The notes under the pieces were generated by a model that was not told the DNA's origin, did not search any database, and saw only the letters and a list, made by a program, of their open reading frames with translations. From positions 2,433,087-2,497,086 of the forward strand of contig CP070761.1 in assembly GCA_020348985.1 (NCBI GenBank): DNA of 64,000 nt, given 5' to 3'. Source of the stretch: Candidatus Thorarchaeota archaeon. Its GTDB lineage: Archaea > Asgardarchaeota > Thorarchaeia > Thorarchaeales > Thorarchaeaceae. The position numbers and the translations under genes were made by a program. Shown piece by piece: positions 46,964-57,721 of this stretch (positions within the stretch are counted from its first letter, which is position 1; each line of letters starts with the position of its first letter).

Positions 46964-48004
46964 CTACATTGCCTTGATCTTACGCCTGAACTTGGCATAG
47001 ATTGAATACTCAATGTTCGTCTTTCTCGCGATGTAGTCGTCAACAGTAGGAACCTCTCCTCGGCGCTTGAGGACTTCTTCTTCAACGACTATTGAAAATG
47101 CATCACTTCCTGCACCGGAGCCATATGATACCATGAAGATTCTGGAGCCAGGATCTGCAATGTCAAGGATTCTTGCCAGACCCATCATTGCCGAACCTGA
47201 ATAGGTGTTTCCGATTTGCCTAACTACCAAGCTGTCCTCGAGCTTCTCGCCGGGAACGCCCAGCTGCATTCCCATTGCTAATGGGAACTTGCCATTGGGC
47301 ATGTGGAACACAAAGTAGTCATAGTCATCAACACTTGTCTTTGTGTTGCGCAACAATAACTTGGCCCCTTCACCTACGTGCCTGAAGTATGCCGGCTCCC
47401 CCGTGAATCTTGCGCCGTGGCTCGGATAGTCTTCTCCTTCTCTCCGCCAGAAGTCAGGAGTGTCCGTTGTGAATGAGGCCGTTGCTTCAATCGTCGCGAC
47501 AGGATTCTCCTTTCCGATTAAGAATGCAACTCCTCCCGCGGCTGCTGAGTACTCCAGGGCATCACCGGGACGACCCTGTGCAGTGTCAGATCCAATAGCG
47601 AGCCCTACCTTGATCATGTCCGACTTGACAAGACCCATGCAGGTCTGCATTGCAGCTGTTCCTGCCTTGCATGCAAACTCATAATCTGCACAAGTTATGT
47701 CTGTGGAGCATTCAATTGCCTCGGCTACGATGGTGCCGGTTGGCTTGACTGCATACGGGTGTGACTCAGAGCCAACATAGACTGCTCCTATGTCCAGTGG
47801 ATCAATGTTCCCGTGCTTCACGGCATTCCTTGCGGCTTCTACCGAAATGGTCGCCACATCTTCGTCTGGTCCGGGAACAGACTTCTCGAAGACTCCCAGA
47901 CCTTTTGCAAGTCTTACACCGTCTTCGCCCCAAACCCGTGCAATCTCTTCGGTCTTAATCCTGTATCTTGGAATGTACACTCCGTAACCAACAATGCCAA
48001 CCAT
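46964..48004 (-). CDS. Hydroxymethylglutaryl-CoA synthase (archaeal)
   Basis: [41 protein letters not shown]. Confidence 0.95.
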   Translation of the reverse strand: MVGIVGYGVYIPRYRIKTEEIARVWGEDGVRLAKGLGVFEKSVPGPDEDVATISVEAARNAVKHGNIDPLDIGAVYVGSESHPYAVKPTGTIVAEAIECSTDITCADYEFACKAGTAAMQTCMGLVKSDMIKVGLAIGSDTAQGRPGDALEYSAAAGGVAFLIGKENPVATIEATASFTTDTPDFWRREGEDYPSHGARFTGEPAYFRHVGEGAKLLLRNTKTSVDDYDYFVFHMPNGKFPLAMGMQLGVPGEKLEDSLVVRQIGNTYSGSAMMGLARILDIADPGSRIFMVSYGSGAGSDAFSIVVEEEVLKRRGEVPTVDDYIARKTNIEYSIYAKFRRKIKAM

Positions 48005-48245
48005 AATTCTGACTCCTCAGATACTTCGTGAATTGTCGAACTTCATTACGACATTATCTTACTGGGTTTTAGCTTTCCGCAACAGCGCCTCTTATGAAGA
48101 TTATTCTACATTTGTAGAACACTCAATGAGCATGTGCGTCCCAGAGTTTCCTCGGGCCGTGAATTTGGGTCTATATATGCCTAGCTATCTGGAATCGATT
48201 GATGTTACTTGGCTGCCTTCCCAATTAATGCTATAAGGAGATGAA

Positions 48246-48461
48246 TTGAGTCCACATTGGGTGGATGCCCTGTCGGAAACATTAGGTGATCGCATCAAAC
48301 GGATTATTGTCACAGAGACAAAGACAGTCAGAGAACTGTTGGCTGAGTTGGACCTCTCGAACGATCACGTTGTATTGCTAGACGGAAAAAGAATTGACCT
48401 AGACACTGAGATTCATGAGAACGATAGTGTAGTAGTCCTACCTCTGATTGAGGGCGGATAA
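48246..48461 (+). CDS. MoaD/ThiS/SAMP ubiquitin-like sulfur carrier
   Basis: 71 aa, TVRELLAEL, ends LPLIEGG; GGAG RBS. Confidence 0.8.
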   Translation: MSPHWVDALSETLGDRIKRIIVTETKTVRELLAELDLSNDHVVLLDGKRIDLDTEIHENDSVVVLPLIEGG

Positions 48462-48471
48462 CCTCTCACTC

Positions 48472-49878
48472 CTATCGATTCTCTGTTCTCTTCTGTACAC
48501 CAACATCGATTCCAATTCGGTCGAGAATGCTCTGAACGATTGGATCGATTTCCTTCTTGCTCATTCCTTGACATTCTGGCGCATAACGCCCGAAAGCCTC
48601 GATGAGGGCCTTTGACGAACCTGAGCTATACTGAGTAGCTTTCTTTGGTTCTTGAGTGATTGGCAAGGGAAGTCCCAATGACTCCGCAAGTTCTCTGAAG
48701 ATGATCTTTCGAGAGGGCTTGCGGTCAAGAGACACTTTCATCTCAGCAGGAATAGAAAGGGCAAGATTCACGAATTGCGTTGAGAGATAGGGGAAAGCTG
48801 CCTCGATCCCGTTGAATGCAATTGCTTTCTCATCTCGAGCAATGTTGGATTCGTGCGTCACAGACACCTCTTCCCAGAGCTTCCTTTCGAGAGCCAAGAT
48901 TCCATCCGATTCCGCGAGCCTGACATGTCGCATGTATCCCGCAAATAGCTCATCAGGTCCCTGCCCTGAGACGAGGATTGTACATCCATCCTGCACGGCG
49001 CATCTTGCGGCAAAGAAAAACGGCAGAGCTATCTCTACATCCATCCTTCTAGTGGTTTCGATAGAATACACAACGTCTCCTATGGCGTCCCAGATTGCCT
49101 CCGTTTCGATTTCCAAGTAGACCGGGGTGATATCCATCAGACGTGCGGCCTTCTCAGAGGTAGCAAAGTCATGTGAATCCGCAGTCCCAACTGTATAGAA
49201 CTTTGTACCATCAAAGCTGTTCCGAAGAAGATGAGCAATAACCGAGCTATCAACTCCTCCAGAGAACAGAACTCCGTATCTCTGGCCTCTGGGAAGATGC
49301 TTAATCGAGTCCAACAGAGTATCTCGCAAGGAATCAACAAGATCTCGAGTGGGCTTTTCTCTCTGAACCTGCGGAATCTTACGCTCCAGTCGGTCGACTA
49401 ATGTCAGCTCGCCTGTCCATGACAGTGCTACTCTCGCCCCCGGCAGAGGTGATATCAGGTCATCAAATCCTCCTGCATACAGGGCTTTCTTTTCGCTTGC
49501 GAAACCATATGCTGTCCCGTCCATGGAATAGTATAGCGGCCTTGTACAGTCAGGAGACCTCTCAATATTGAGGCCTTCTTGGTCGAGACTAATTGCCAGA
49601 ACCCCGTGAGAGTTCTTGACCCAATCCAGTTTTGGTGCTGCATCTTCAACAATGTAGCAGGGGGCATCTATCAGAAATAGGGAGTCTTCAGAAGTAATCG
49701 AATCAATCCTGTGATCGTCTGATGACCTTTCAGCAATCAGAGCTACAACACGGCCCTTCATTTCGAAAGCGTAGTCCGTTTCTGAGCCACGATGACCGAG
49801 TGAGTCAGACATCCTTCTGAATCTAGGCCTGAGCTTGTTTGATGTGTGAGTGTCTACCAGACCAACAATACCTGGCAT
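48472..49878 (-). CDS. Asparagine synthetase-like protein lacking the N-terminal catalytic Cys
   Basis: MPGIVG, HRG, FASEKKAL, FSGGVDS, SGQGPDELFAGY, PKKATQY. Confidence 0.8.
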   Translation of the reverse strand: MPGIVGLVDTHTSNKLRPRFRRMSDSLGHRGSETDYAFEMKGRVVALIAERSSDDHRIDSITSEDSLFLIDAPCYIVEDAAPKLDWVKNSHGVLAISLDQEGLNIERSPDCTRPLYYSMDGTAYGFASEKKALYAGGFDDLISPLPGARVALSWTGELTLVDRLERKIPQVQREKPTRDLVDSLRDTLLDSIKHLPRGQRYGVLFSGGVDSSVIAHLLRNSFDGTKFYTVGTADSHDFATSEKAARLMDITPVYLEIETEAIWDAIGDVVYSIETTRRMDVEIALPFFFAARCAVQDGCTILVSGQGPDELFAGYMRHVRLAESDGILALERKLWEEVSVTHESNIARDEKAIAFNGIEAAFPYLSTQFVNLALSIPAEMKVSLDRKPSRKIIFRELAESLGLPLPITQEPKKATQYSSGSSKALIEAFGRYAPECQGMSKKEIDPIVQSILDRIGIDVGVQKRTENR

Positions 49879-49968
49879 ATTCCCTGCTTGACTCCTAATT
49901 GGTGAAAAGCATACAAGTACAGTTAGTTCTTGCGGGTGAGAGCCGCAGGGTCCCAATGAAACAGTAGA

Positions 49969-50388
49969 CTACTTCGCTATGGGTACCTCTTCTAGTATAA
50001 CGCTCTGGACTCCGCTTATGCCATCGAGAGACTTCCTTAGTTTTTCGTCTTCGACATTCAGTTGCTCTGGTGTGAAATAGCATTCGTAGTAACATTGGTC
50101 CGCAGATTGACAGATTCCACTTGTGAACAGAATGTCCTCCAACCCAGACTTCTCGAAGACCGAAGTCAGCTCTTCAAGGAAGCTCTTGCTCAGCTTCTCT
50201 ATGTTCAGCTTCAAGTAGAGGATTCTCGAACTGCCAACCGGATAGAGTTTCACGTTCTTGTCCTTAAGGACAAGAATCGCAAGACCATATGGAAGCCCGA
50301 TGGAATCTACAAACTCTCCTGGAAGCGTTATTGCATTGCCCTTCTTGATTTCGAGGACCTTTGCATGTGTAATGTCAGTCTTGCTCAA
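49969..50388 (-). CDS. AbrB-like plus ACT-like domain protein
   Basis: KKGNAITLP..GL N-terminus; ACT-like C-terminal beta-alpha pattern. Confidence 0.55.
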   Translation of the reverse strand: MSKTDITHAKVLEIKKGNAITLPGEFVDSIGLPYGLAILVLKDKNVKLYPVGSSRILYLKLNIEKLSKSFLEELTSVFEKSGLEDILFTSGICQSADQCYYECYFTPEQLNVEDEKLRKSLDGISGVQSVILEEVPIAK

Positions 50389-50484
50389 AGACGTCTTCCT
50401 CCGCGTCGGTATCGGTCAAGTGAGTATGGGATATATTTCTTGTGTATCATCGTTCGAGAATCAAAGACCACAGTTTTGCAGCCA

Positions 50485-52086
50485 CTATCGCATGCTAAAC
50501 CACTTTCTTAGTCGCTCAATAGCCCCTCGATCAGGCTCCTCAACGACTCTTAGACACCACTGTTCGTCAGCACTCGTGTAGTATTCTAGAAAAGCAACAC
50601 CCCCATCGGAGCGAATACGTTCCATCTCCTGAAGTCTCACTTGCAGCCAGGCCTTCTTTGAGATCGGCATTCGCATTGTAGCAATGTCAAACAGGGCCGG
50701 ATGGAAATCAAACACCAATGCGCGGTCGCTCATGTACTCTAGGATTCCCTCCTGGAGCGTATTACTAATCTTCTCCCTATTAGTGAAGAAGGAAGCGGCC
50801 ACGGATACATTTGGATACTTCTCAGGGATGTTCAAGGCGAATTTGAATGACCGTCTGAACTTCGAGAGATGAGTTGCTGCATCCAGAAACAGAATTGTTT
50901 CAGGCTTGCCCTCGAATTCGTCTTCTGATAGCTCAACGTCCGTGTCAAGTTCTATTTCTTTCTCCAATACACTCTGAATCAGCTTGTCAGTAACAGGAGG
51001 AAGTCCTTTGTCGGTTGGGTCTTCATATTCAAGGGAATCGTCATCATCGTCTTCGTCAAGCGGCTCATCGGGAGGTTTATCATGTTGGGGCCTTGGTTTC
51101 CTTCTAGGTCGCTTATGTGGAGGGACATATCCAATCTGCTCAACGAGATGTTGAAGGACAAGTGGTAAGAAAAGGTCGTAGAGCGTCCCTCTGGTTTCGG
51201 TAACCAGAATGACTGGGTTGTACTCGGAAACCGCATTCTCCAGAAGATTCTCGTGTTCAGGTGATGGGTCAAAGAACTTCATAAGATTGACTTGTGAGTA
51301 GGTCTTCCTGACACGCTCTTCCCACTCTTGATAGACCTCTTTCACTTCCTGCTTGCGTCGGTCCTTCAGCAGACTCACGAACTTCCCTAGATATCTCACT
51401 CCACGAGATACTGCCGACGCCGGATTCACGAAGGCAGCCATCAGTCCGACTGCCTCTCCGGCATATTCACTCGCTTCAGTGCTCTTGATCTTTCCGAGCA
51501 CCTCTTCAGTAAGCGACGGGGGTCCAAGCTTCTCGACTAGAACCTCTGTCATTCCGTCTAAATCTTCGAATGAAGCATCACCCGGGCCAACCTCTTCTGC
51601 AATGGGTGAAGCATCTGACAGCACTTCGGCAAATACATTCGGTCTCTTCACAAGCCACCCAAGCGGGATTCTAATCGAGGGAAATCCGTGCAAATAGGTG
51701 CGTTCAGAGTCCTTCGCGCCGAAGTAAAGCTTGACTGCATCCGGAAACAGCCCATCGAAGATCTCCATGAATTGGTCGAATCCATGCTTCGTACTCAATC
51801 CCATTTCTGCTCTCTCTAGAGCGTCAGCCACAAAGACGAGTCCGGCTTCTTGTGGCTTGGACTGCTTTGCCATAACAGCCATGACCTGTTTTGGTGAAAG
51901 GTACAACCTGTCACTGGCAGCAAATGGAGCATCGTAGAATGAAAAGATTCCCAAGCGTTTCCATGGCCTATTATCCATACGCGATTCAGCTAGATGCGAG
52001 AACCATTCGAAACCTCGCTGATATCGAGGTATGCTCTCTTCGTCTATGTCCATTTCAGGTTCTGCCATAGAAGACACCTGGGCCAT
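50485..52086 (-). CDS. Hypothetical protein with Pro/acidic insert
   Basis: 533-aa ORF; low-complexity PPHKRPRRKPRP..DEDDDDD; no firm family. Confidence 0.65.
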   Translation of the reverse strand: MAQVSSMAEPEMDIDEESIPRYQRGFEWFSHLAESRMDNRPWKRLGIFSFYDAPFAASDRLYLSPKQVMAVMAKQSKPQEAGLVFVADALERAEMGLSTKHGFDQFMEIFDGLFPDAVKLYFGAKDSERTYLHGFPSIRIPLGWLVKRPNVFAEVLSDASPIAEEVGPGDASFEDLDGMTEVLVEKLGPPSLTEEVLGKIKSTEASEYAGEAVGLMAAFVNPASAVSRGVRYLGKFVSLLKDRRKQEVKEVYQEWEERVRKTYSQVNLMKFFDPSPEHENLLENAVSEYNPVILVTETRGTLYDLFLPLVLQHLVEQIGYVPPHKRPRRKPRPQHDKPPDEPLDEDDDDDSLEYEDPTDKGLPPVTDKLIQSVLEKEIELDTDVELSEDEFEGKPETILFLDAATHLSKFRRSFKFALNIPEKYPNVSVAASFFTNREKISNTLQEGILEYMSDRALVFDFHPALFDIATMRMPISKKAWLQVRLQEMERIRSDGGVAFLEYYTSADEQWCLRVVEEPDRGAIERLRKWFSMR

Positions 52087-52149
52087 GTCGGCTCATGACA
52101 TATCCCGGTGCTATTCTGGGTGGGATTGTGATAAACCTATTGCCACATT

Positions 52150-53358
52150 CTACTCCATTCTAAGAGCGACGAGAGCAATTACAACCGCAACTACTACGAA
52201 ACCAACCACAAGTATAGCTCGCCAGTCTATCAGAGGGCCTGCCGGATTATTCGGATCCTCTTCGTAGAGAAGACTCCGAGAATCAAGACTATCCAATGAC
52301 TCTACAGCAAATGCCGCAAGTTCCATGGTTCCAACTTCGAGACCTGGAACTATCCCCCAGCCACCATCAGCCGCTTGACAGTCAGCAATGAACCTCGCTA
52401 CAGAAGACGTGTTCGTTGGAACGCCGCTGAGGACACCCAGCGCTTGGAGCGCATTGCATGTGCTGACTAGGTTTGTGTCATTTGTGAGATATCCTTCTTC
52501 AAAACCACCGAAGAACTCGCCACCATCTTCTTCAGACACCTGTCTGTCAAGAATCCAATTCCTCACGTCCTGGAGTTCACTCGAAAGGCTAGTAACCTCA
52601 CCTAAGATCTCGAGTGCCAAGAGGGCAGCAGCTGTGGGCGTTACACCTGGAATCGAGGAGGCTGGATTGAGTTTGAATGCATCACCTTCTCGGCAACTGA
52701 GGATCCACTCGACCGTCTTAGTTCTGTTCAAGAGGATTTCATCAAAGGTGTAGACTGGAGTTTCACCTTCCATCGCGTCTATGATATACAAGGCCATGTA
52801 GGTTGACACAATGTCTGGAGAAGAGGTCTCTAGGAGTCCGAAACCCCCTTCTACGGATTGGCTCTTGTTCACAAAGAACAGAAGAGAAGTGCTGTTTATC
52901 TCTTCAACATCTAGCATCCTTGGTACGTCATTGTGCTCATTCAGTATCTGCCAAAGCCTAACTCCATAGAAAGTGGCAAAAATGTCTGGTTCGCCTGCAA
53001 TGAACGGGCTCATCCCGCCATACCGTCTAGAATCTTCTCCACCAGTATCCCACTGGAGCTTCTGAGTGAAGTTCTTCGTCCTGACTAGATTATCGGCTCC
53101 GTTTGGATAGGGCGGCCTCTGTCCCAGATAGCCAAGATTGTCGAGAATGAATATCGCCGGGAATGTAGCCTCAACACGGGAAGCGATTGTCCCGACAAGT
53201 GAATAGCCTCTCTCGACGGTAGCGTCATAATTCTCGGCCATGAATGCCAATAGGGAGTCTAATCTAGATCCCGGGTTGGCTGTTGCTGGCTGTGCTACCA
53301 CAGAGAGAAACATGAGTGACAGCGCTAATGTGAGTCCAACAGCTTTGACCTTGTTCAT
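52150..53358 (-). CDS. Secreted, membrane-anchored prenyltransferase/squalene-oxidase repeat protein
   Basis: Signal peptide, repeats QSVEGGFG, GGFEE, CQAADGGWG, C-terminal TM. Confidence 0.75.
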   Translation of the reverse strand: MNKVKAVGLTLALSLMFLSVVAQPATANPGSRLDSLLAFMAENYDATVERGYSLVGTIASRVEATFPAIFILDNLGYLGQRPPYPNGADNLVRTKNFTQKLQWDTGGEDSRRYGGMSPFIAGEPDIFATFYGVRLWQILNEHNDVPRMLDVEEINSTSLLFFVNKSQSVEGGFGLLETSSPDIVSTYMALYIIDAMEGETPVYTFDEILLNRTKTVEWILSCREGDAFKLNPASSIPGVTPTAAALLALEILGEVTSLSSELQDVRNWILDRQVSEEDGGEFFGGFEEGYLTNDTNLVSTCNALQALGVLSGVPTNTSSVARFIADCQAADGGWGIVPGLEVGTMELAAFAVESLDSLDSRSLLYEEDPNNPAGPLIDWRAILVVGFVVVAVVIALVALRME

Positions 53359-53464
53359 AGAAGCATCCCAATTGAGGTTGTTCCGATGAGCTTTCAAGCT
53401 CCCGGCTTTCGAGCACGGACCGGAGTGGGGTTATTAACGTTTTCCCAAAGTCAAAGGCTGTACT

Positions 53465-54412
53465 CTACCTAGGGCCGAGCTTGACGCCGCGTATAAACGA
53501 GTACGCAGAATCAGCTGCTATCGCTCCCTGACCAACAGCTACGGCAATCTGTTTCAATGATTCAACAACGTCACCAGCTGCGAATACGCCGGGAAGGTTG
53601 GTCGCTTGATGGGCATCTGCTATGATCTCCCCTCTTTCGTTCATCTCAACTGCAAGCTCAACTGCAAGCTTGTTCTGAGGTTCCGAACCTAGCGCAACAA
53701 AAGCCCCGTCAACCACAAGACTGGACACTTCTCCGTTCTTGAGATTCTCGAGTACAATCTCCGAAAGCAGATTCTCGCCCTTGAACTCCTTGACAACATG
53801 GCTCCACAAGATTTCGATATCCGAATCAAACAGCATATCCTGGACTGCTTGCTCTGCCCTCAATTCATCACGTCTGTGAATGAGGTACACCTTTGTTGCC
53901 AAATCCTTGAGATAGAGTGCCTCGGTCACAGCAGTGTTACCTCCACCCACCACGGCGATTACTTTCTCTCGAAAGAGCGGACCATCACAAGTTGCACAAT
54001 AGGAGACCCCCTGGCCGGTGTATTCATCTTCTCCTGGAACGTGGAGTTTCCTGTACTCGCCTCCAGTTGCCAAGATGATAGCCTTTGCATTGTAATCTCC
54101 TCTTCTAGTTTCGAGTACAAAGCTGCCATTTTCTTCGGTCTTTATGCTCTTGACCTCAGTAATCTCGCGGATATTCGCACCACATTTCTTGACTTGTTCC
54201 TTCATTCTGTTTGCAAGTTCGATACCCATAATGAACGAGAAACCAGGGTAGTTTTCTATGCCGGGGCTTGTGGCTTGAGCCCCTCCAAGGACGCGAGATT
54301 CCAACAGGACAGTCTTCAGACCGTAGCGCGCTCCATATATGGCTGCAGTCATCCCTGCGGGTCCGCCACCGATTATCACCAATTCCCATTCAAGGTCTTC
54401 TTCCATCGCCAT
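53465..54412 (-). CDS. trxB: Thioredoxin reductase
   Basis: GGGPAG, ENYPG, CATCDG, GGGNTA, HRR, FAAGD. Confidence 0.95.
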   Translation of the reverse strand: MAMEEDLEWELVIIGGGPAGMTAAIYGARYGLKTVLLESRVLGGAQATSPGIENYPGFSFIMGIELANRMKEQVKKCGANIREITEVKSIKTEENGSFVLETRRGDYNAKAIILATGGEYRKLHVPGEDEYTGQGVSYCATCDGPLFREKVIAVVGGGNTAVTEALYLKDLATKVYLIHRRDELRAEQAVQDMLFDSDIEILWSHVVKEFKGENLLSEIVLENLKNGEVSSLVVDGAFVALGSEPQNKLAVELAVEMNERGEIIADAHQATNLPGVFAAGDVVESLKQIAVAVGQGAIAADSAYSFIRGVKLGPR

Positions 54413-54479
54413 TCCCTATCTTGAGCTCTACTCTCCATGCGGCATTTGCTTTACTCTACATCGACCTAATCTTTCTTTC

Positions 54480-55325
54480 TCACAATCCAATGTCAAGACT
54501 CTCGATTGGAGGTCTCTCGCCGGGCTGAACATGAAATGTCTTCATCGGTTTGAGAAGGTCAGCTATCTCACGAAGGGTGATGGAATATATCGGACTGTGT
54601 CCTTTGTTCATGTAGGAAACCGCCTTCAGATACTTCTTTGGTTCGTAAGAGAATATGTGTCCTGGTCCTATTGCAAAGACTTTGTCCACCGAATCCAACC
54701 CCTCCCACGGCCATGCTGAATTGTTGAAAGACTCTATCACTGTATTAGAAAACCTATCTTCCACCAGCTCAAACGAGCTGTTCAAGGCACCTTCCATTAG
54801 AGTAGTCTCATACACATAGACCTCTTCAAGGTCAGTAATGTGGATTCTTTCAGAGTTTCCGGCCAGAGCGTTGGCGTCTTCTTTTGAGATCAGGAGATGG
54901 TCTCCAGCGATTAGTTCAGAAGACATCAGCACTATTGATTGAACTGCTCCGTCTTGAACTTGGCTTATTCGCCGCATGGCAAGGACTGCATCCCACCCAG
55001 CAATACCAAGAGTGCTGCCCATCGAATACGCTGGTCTCTCTAGCTTGGCCGGCACGTAGAGACTGTGAACAGGATTGAGTATCTCTAACGGTAATCCCGA
55101 ATCAACGAGTTTCTCGAGTCGGGCAACATCATTCGAGTAGAGTCTCCCATCTTCGATGCAGGCCTGGGTGTGTTCGAATTTTTCCCAGTAGCTGTGACCA
55201 CTCTGTGGTTTGAAGTAGGCGAACTCAACCCCCTTCTCCTTCAACGCCTTGGCCAAATAGATTGCGAGTTGTGTCTTGCCCGAGTCGTGAGTGTTCATCC
55301 CTACTATCAGGTAGCGTCTTGACAA
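54480..55325 (-). CDS. Archaeal predicted P-loop ATPase (dethiobiotin-synthase-like fold)
   Basis: LIVG..THDSGKT, FKPQSGH..W, NPVH, IESFN; TTG at 55325 taken as start. Confidence 0.75.
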   Translation of the reverse strand: MSRRYLIVGMNTHDSGKTQLAIYLAKALKEKGVEFAYFKPQSGHSYWEKFEHTQACIEDGRLYSNDVARLEKLVDSGLPLEILNPVHSLYVPAKLERPAYSMGSTLGIAGWDAVLAMRRISQVQDGAVQSIVLMSSELIAGDHLLISKEDANALAGNSERIHITDLEEVYVYETTLMEGALNSSFELVEDRFSNTVIESFNNSAWPWEGLDSVDKVFAIGPGHIFSYEPKKYLKAVSYMNKGHSPIYSITLREIADLLKPMKTFHVQPGERPPIESLDIGL

Positions 55326-55340
55326 CTGAGTCTGCCTCAC

Positions 55341-55374
55341 AAAGAAAAGTAGGGTGGGAGCCATAAGGCTCCAC
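55341..55374 (-). terminator. Hairpin and U-tract after thermosome gene
   Basis: GGAGCC/GGCTCC stem followed on the minus strand by CTTTTCTTT. Confidence 0.45.
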
Positions 55375-55389
55375 TGTTTTTCAAGTTCT

Positions 55390-57051
55390 TCACATTGGGG
55401 GCATTCCGCCCATGCCACCCATTCCGCCCATTCCTCCCATACCACCTTCTGGTGGACCTGGAGGTGGACCCGCCTTGGCAGCGATGACATCATCGATTCT
55501 GAGAATCATCTGAGCTGCCTCTGAAGCGGAACGGATTGCTTGAAGCTTGACACGCGAAGGCTCGATAACACCAGTCTTCATCATGTCAGTAATCTTGCCC
55601 CTCATCACATCAACACCATGCCATAGACCCAATTCCTTGGAGTGCTCCTTGTTCAGGTCCGCCATAATGTCAATGGGATCATGACCGCCATTTTCAGCCA
55701 GTGTCTTCGGGATGATTAGAAGTGCCTCGGCGAATGCCTCGATAGCTAACTGCTCCCTGCCACCAACCTTGTTGGCGTAGGCCTCTAGCCGCTTGGCTAT
55801 CTCCACCTCTGTGGAACCACCACCTGCGACGTAGGTGCTGTCTTCGACAACATTCCTGACTACACAAAGTGCGTCATGAAGTGCCCTGTCAGCCTCGTCA
55901 ACAACGTGTTCAGTTCCACCACGAATGACTATGGAAACGGCCTTCGGATCCTTGCAGTCTCTGACATAGACGAGCTTGTCGTCAGCAATCTTGACCTCTT
56001 CGACGACACCAGCATGGCCGATGTAGTCCTTGTCTATCTCACTCAGGCTAGTGGCAATCTTGCCACCAGTGGCCTTTGCCAGCTTCTCCAAGGTGCTCTT
56101 CTTCGCGCGTCGAACAGCCATGATGCCAGCCTTTGCGAGGTAATGCTGAGCTACGTCGTCAATGCCTTTCTGGCAGACGAGGACGTTAGCACCACTCTGG
56201 ATGATTTTGTCGACCATATCCTTCAGCATTCGCTCTTCTTCGTCAAGAAAGGCCTTTATCTGGTCTGGACTGTCAATCTTGATCTCTGCATCGAACTCGG
56301 TCTTCTCAACCTCGATTGCAGAGTTGACAAGAGCAATCTTTGCGCCTTCGACTTTGCGAGGCATCGCAGCATGGACTATTTCCTTGTCGACGACCATGCC
56401 CTTCACGAGCTCGGTCTCTGTCAGGCTTTTGCCCTGTTTCTTGATTATCTCAATCATTTCGATGTCTGCTTTCTTCTCGCCGTTTGATTCCTCCACAATC
56501 TGGAGAACTGCATCGACAGCGATGTCAGCGAAGTGGTCCTTTGCACCAACGATGGACTTGCTGTTCATAGAGGTGCTAGCAATCTTCTCAAGGATCTTCT
56601 TGTCAGTGCCAGCCATGGCGACAGAAATCTCATCAAGGATTTCTGTGGCTTTATCTGCGGCTTTCTGATAACCACCAACGAGGATCGTTGGATGAATCTT
56701 CTTCTCAAGAAGCTCCTGTGCTCTCTTCAAGAGCTCACCAGCAATGACTACGGCGGTGGTAGTACCGTCTCCGGTTTCCTGGTCTTGACTCTTGGCTACT
56801 TCAACAAGCATCTTGGCCGCCGGGTGCTGCACATCAATCTCTTTCAGGATTGAAGCACCGTCGTTTGTGATGGTGACGTCTCCAAGACTGTCAACCAGCA
56901 TCTTATCCATGCCTCGGGGGCCCAGTGTGGACCTGACGGCATCAGCAATGATGATTCCGGCCATTATGTTGTTGCTCTGCGCGGACCTGCCGCGCGTTCT
57001 AGAAGTGCCCTCCTTCAGAATCAGGACGGGCGTTCCAGACAACTGTGCCAT
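55390..57051 (-). CDS. ths: Thermosome (group II chaperonin) subunit
   Basis: [23 protein letters not shown] tail; ATG at 57051. Confidence 0.97.
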   Translation of the reverse strand: MAQLSGTPVLILKEGTSRTRGRSAQSNNIMAGIIIADAVRSTLGPRGMDKMLVDSLGDVTITNDGASILKEIDVQHPAAKMLVEVAKSQDQETGDGTTTAVVIAGELLKRAQELLEKKIHPTILVGGYQKAADKATEILDEISVAMAGTDKKILEKIASTSMNSKSIVGAKDHFADIAVDAVLQIVEESNGEKKADIEMIEIIKKQGKSLTETELVKGMVVDKEIVHAAMPRKVEGAKIALVNSAIEVEKTEFDAEIKIDSPDQIKAFLDEEERMLKDMVDKIIQSGANVLVCQKGIDDVAQHYLAKAGIMAVRRAKKSTLEKLAKATGGKIATSLSEIDKDYIGHAGVVEEVKIADDKLVYVRDCKDPKAVSIVIRGGTEHVVDEADRALHDALCVVRNVVEDSTYVAGGGSTEVEIAKRLEAYANKVGGREQLAIEAFAEALLIIPKTLAENGGHDPIDIMADLNKEHSKELGLWHGVDVMRGKITDMMKTGVIEPSRVKLQAIRSASEAAQMILRIDDVIAAKAGPPPGPPEGGMGGMGGMGGMGGMPPM

Positions 57052-57124
57052 TTTTTTCTTCCCCTTGTTATTGTCTTCGAAGTCCACCCGCCAATTCACG
57101 GTGGGCTGACTTCTCCTTATACAT

Positions 57125-57182
57125 TAAAACTGTACATGCACTTCGCACGTACGGGCTGATAAAACTGCACATGGACTTCGCA
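57125..57182. repeat. 23-bp imperfect direct repeat in thermosome promoter region
   Basis: TAAAACTGTACATGCACTTCGCA / TAAAACTGCACATGGACTTCGCA, 2 mismatches, 35-bp period. Confidence 0.75.
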
Positions 57183-57368
57183 TTTAAAGCTTATCACATG
57201 TGCGGTGTCGTTTGATTCACCTACCGAAGCTTCTACTCAGGCTAGTGGTGTGTAGGCTTTTGTGCCTAACAGTCCTACCGTGTTTTATACACGAGAGATT
57301 GGAGTAGAAAATACGATAGGAAAAGCATTTTGTCCACGACTCTTCATGAAGGCTCGGTGATTCATGGG

Positions 57369-57494
57369 ATGAGTCTGGAGTTCTTCGAGCAAACCGCTAT
57401 CCTTAGGACACTAGTTATGACTGATGAGAGACCACGGTTCATAACCGAGCTCAGAAGAGCAAGCGTCAATCCTTCTGGAGTTGCCTGTCTTTGA
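57369..57494 (+). pseudogene. Truncated winged-helix regulator N-terminus
   Basis: MSLEFFEQTAILRTLVMTDERPRFITELRR then early stop; resembles wHTH helices 1-2. Confidence 0.3.
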
Positions 57495-57505
57495 GAGCGC
57501 CCGGT

Positions 57506-57706
57506 CTATCTTATCATCCATTCAGCTAGCTGAATGTCAGCTAAGTCATCCTGCACTTTCTCAAGAGCCTGGTTGAGCCTGAACGCCAAGTCGTTCAAGT
57601 CCTTCGGTTGGTCTGATAGCTACATCTTGCTGACCAATCGTAGTAGGGCCAGCAGAGTCTTGATTGTGACAACTGGGCTATTGCCTCGATTTCCTATAAA
57701 AACACA
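57506..57706 (-). pseudogene. Gene remnant copy 1 (in-frame TAG at 57620-57622)
   Basis: Last 37 codons 31/37 identical to copy 2. Confidence 0.5.
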
Positions 57707-57721
57707 CTGCGGATTTTTCTA

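Noticed and set aside
55400-55470. GGM/Pro repeat at the thermosome C-terminus
   Set aside because: Ordinary chaperonin tail
55326-55493. N-terminal extension of ORF 54480..55493
   Set aside because: Alternate-frame overlap with the thermosome GGM tail and terminator
57125-57182. Mini-CRISPR interpretation of the 23-bp repeats
   Set aside because: Only two copies, a 12-bp spacer, and no cas genes
57620-57622. In-frame TAG as pyrrolysine read-through
   Set aside because: The paralog has Gln (CAA), so CAG>TAG decay is simpler; the other copy is frameshifted and no clear start exists
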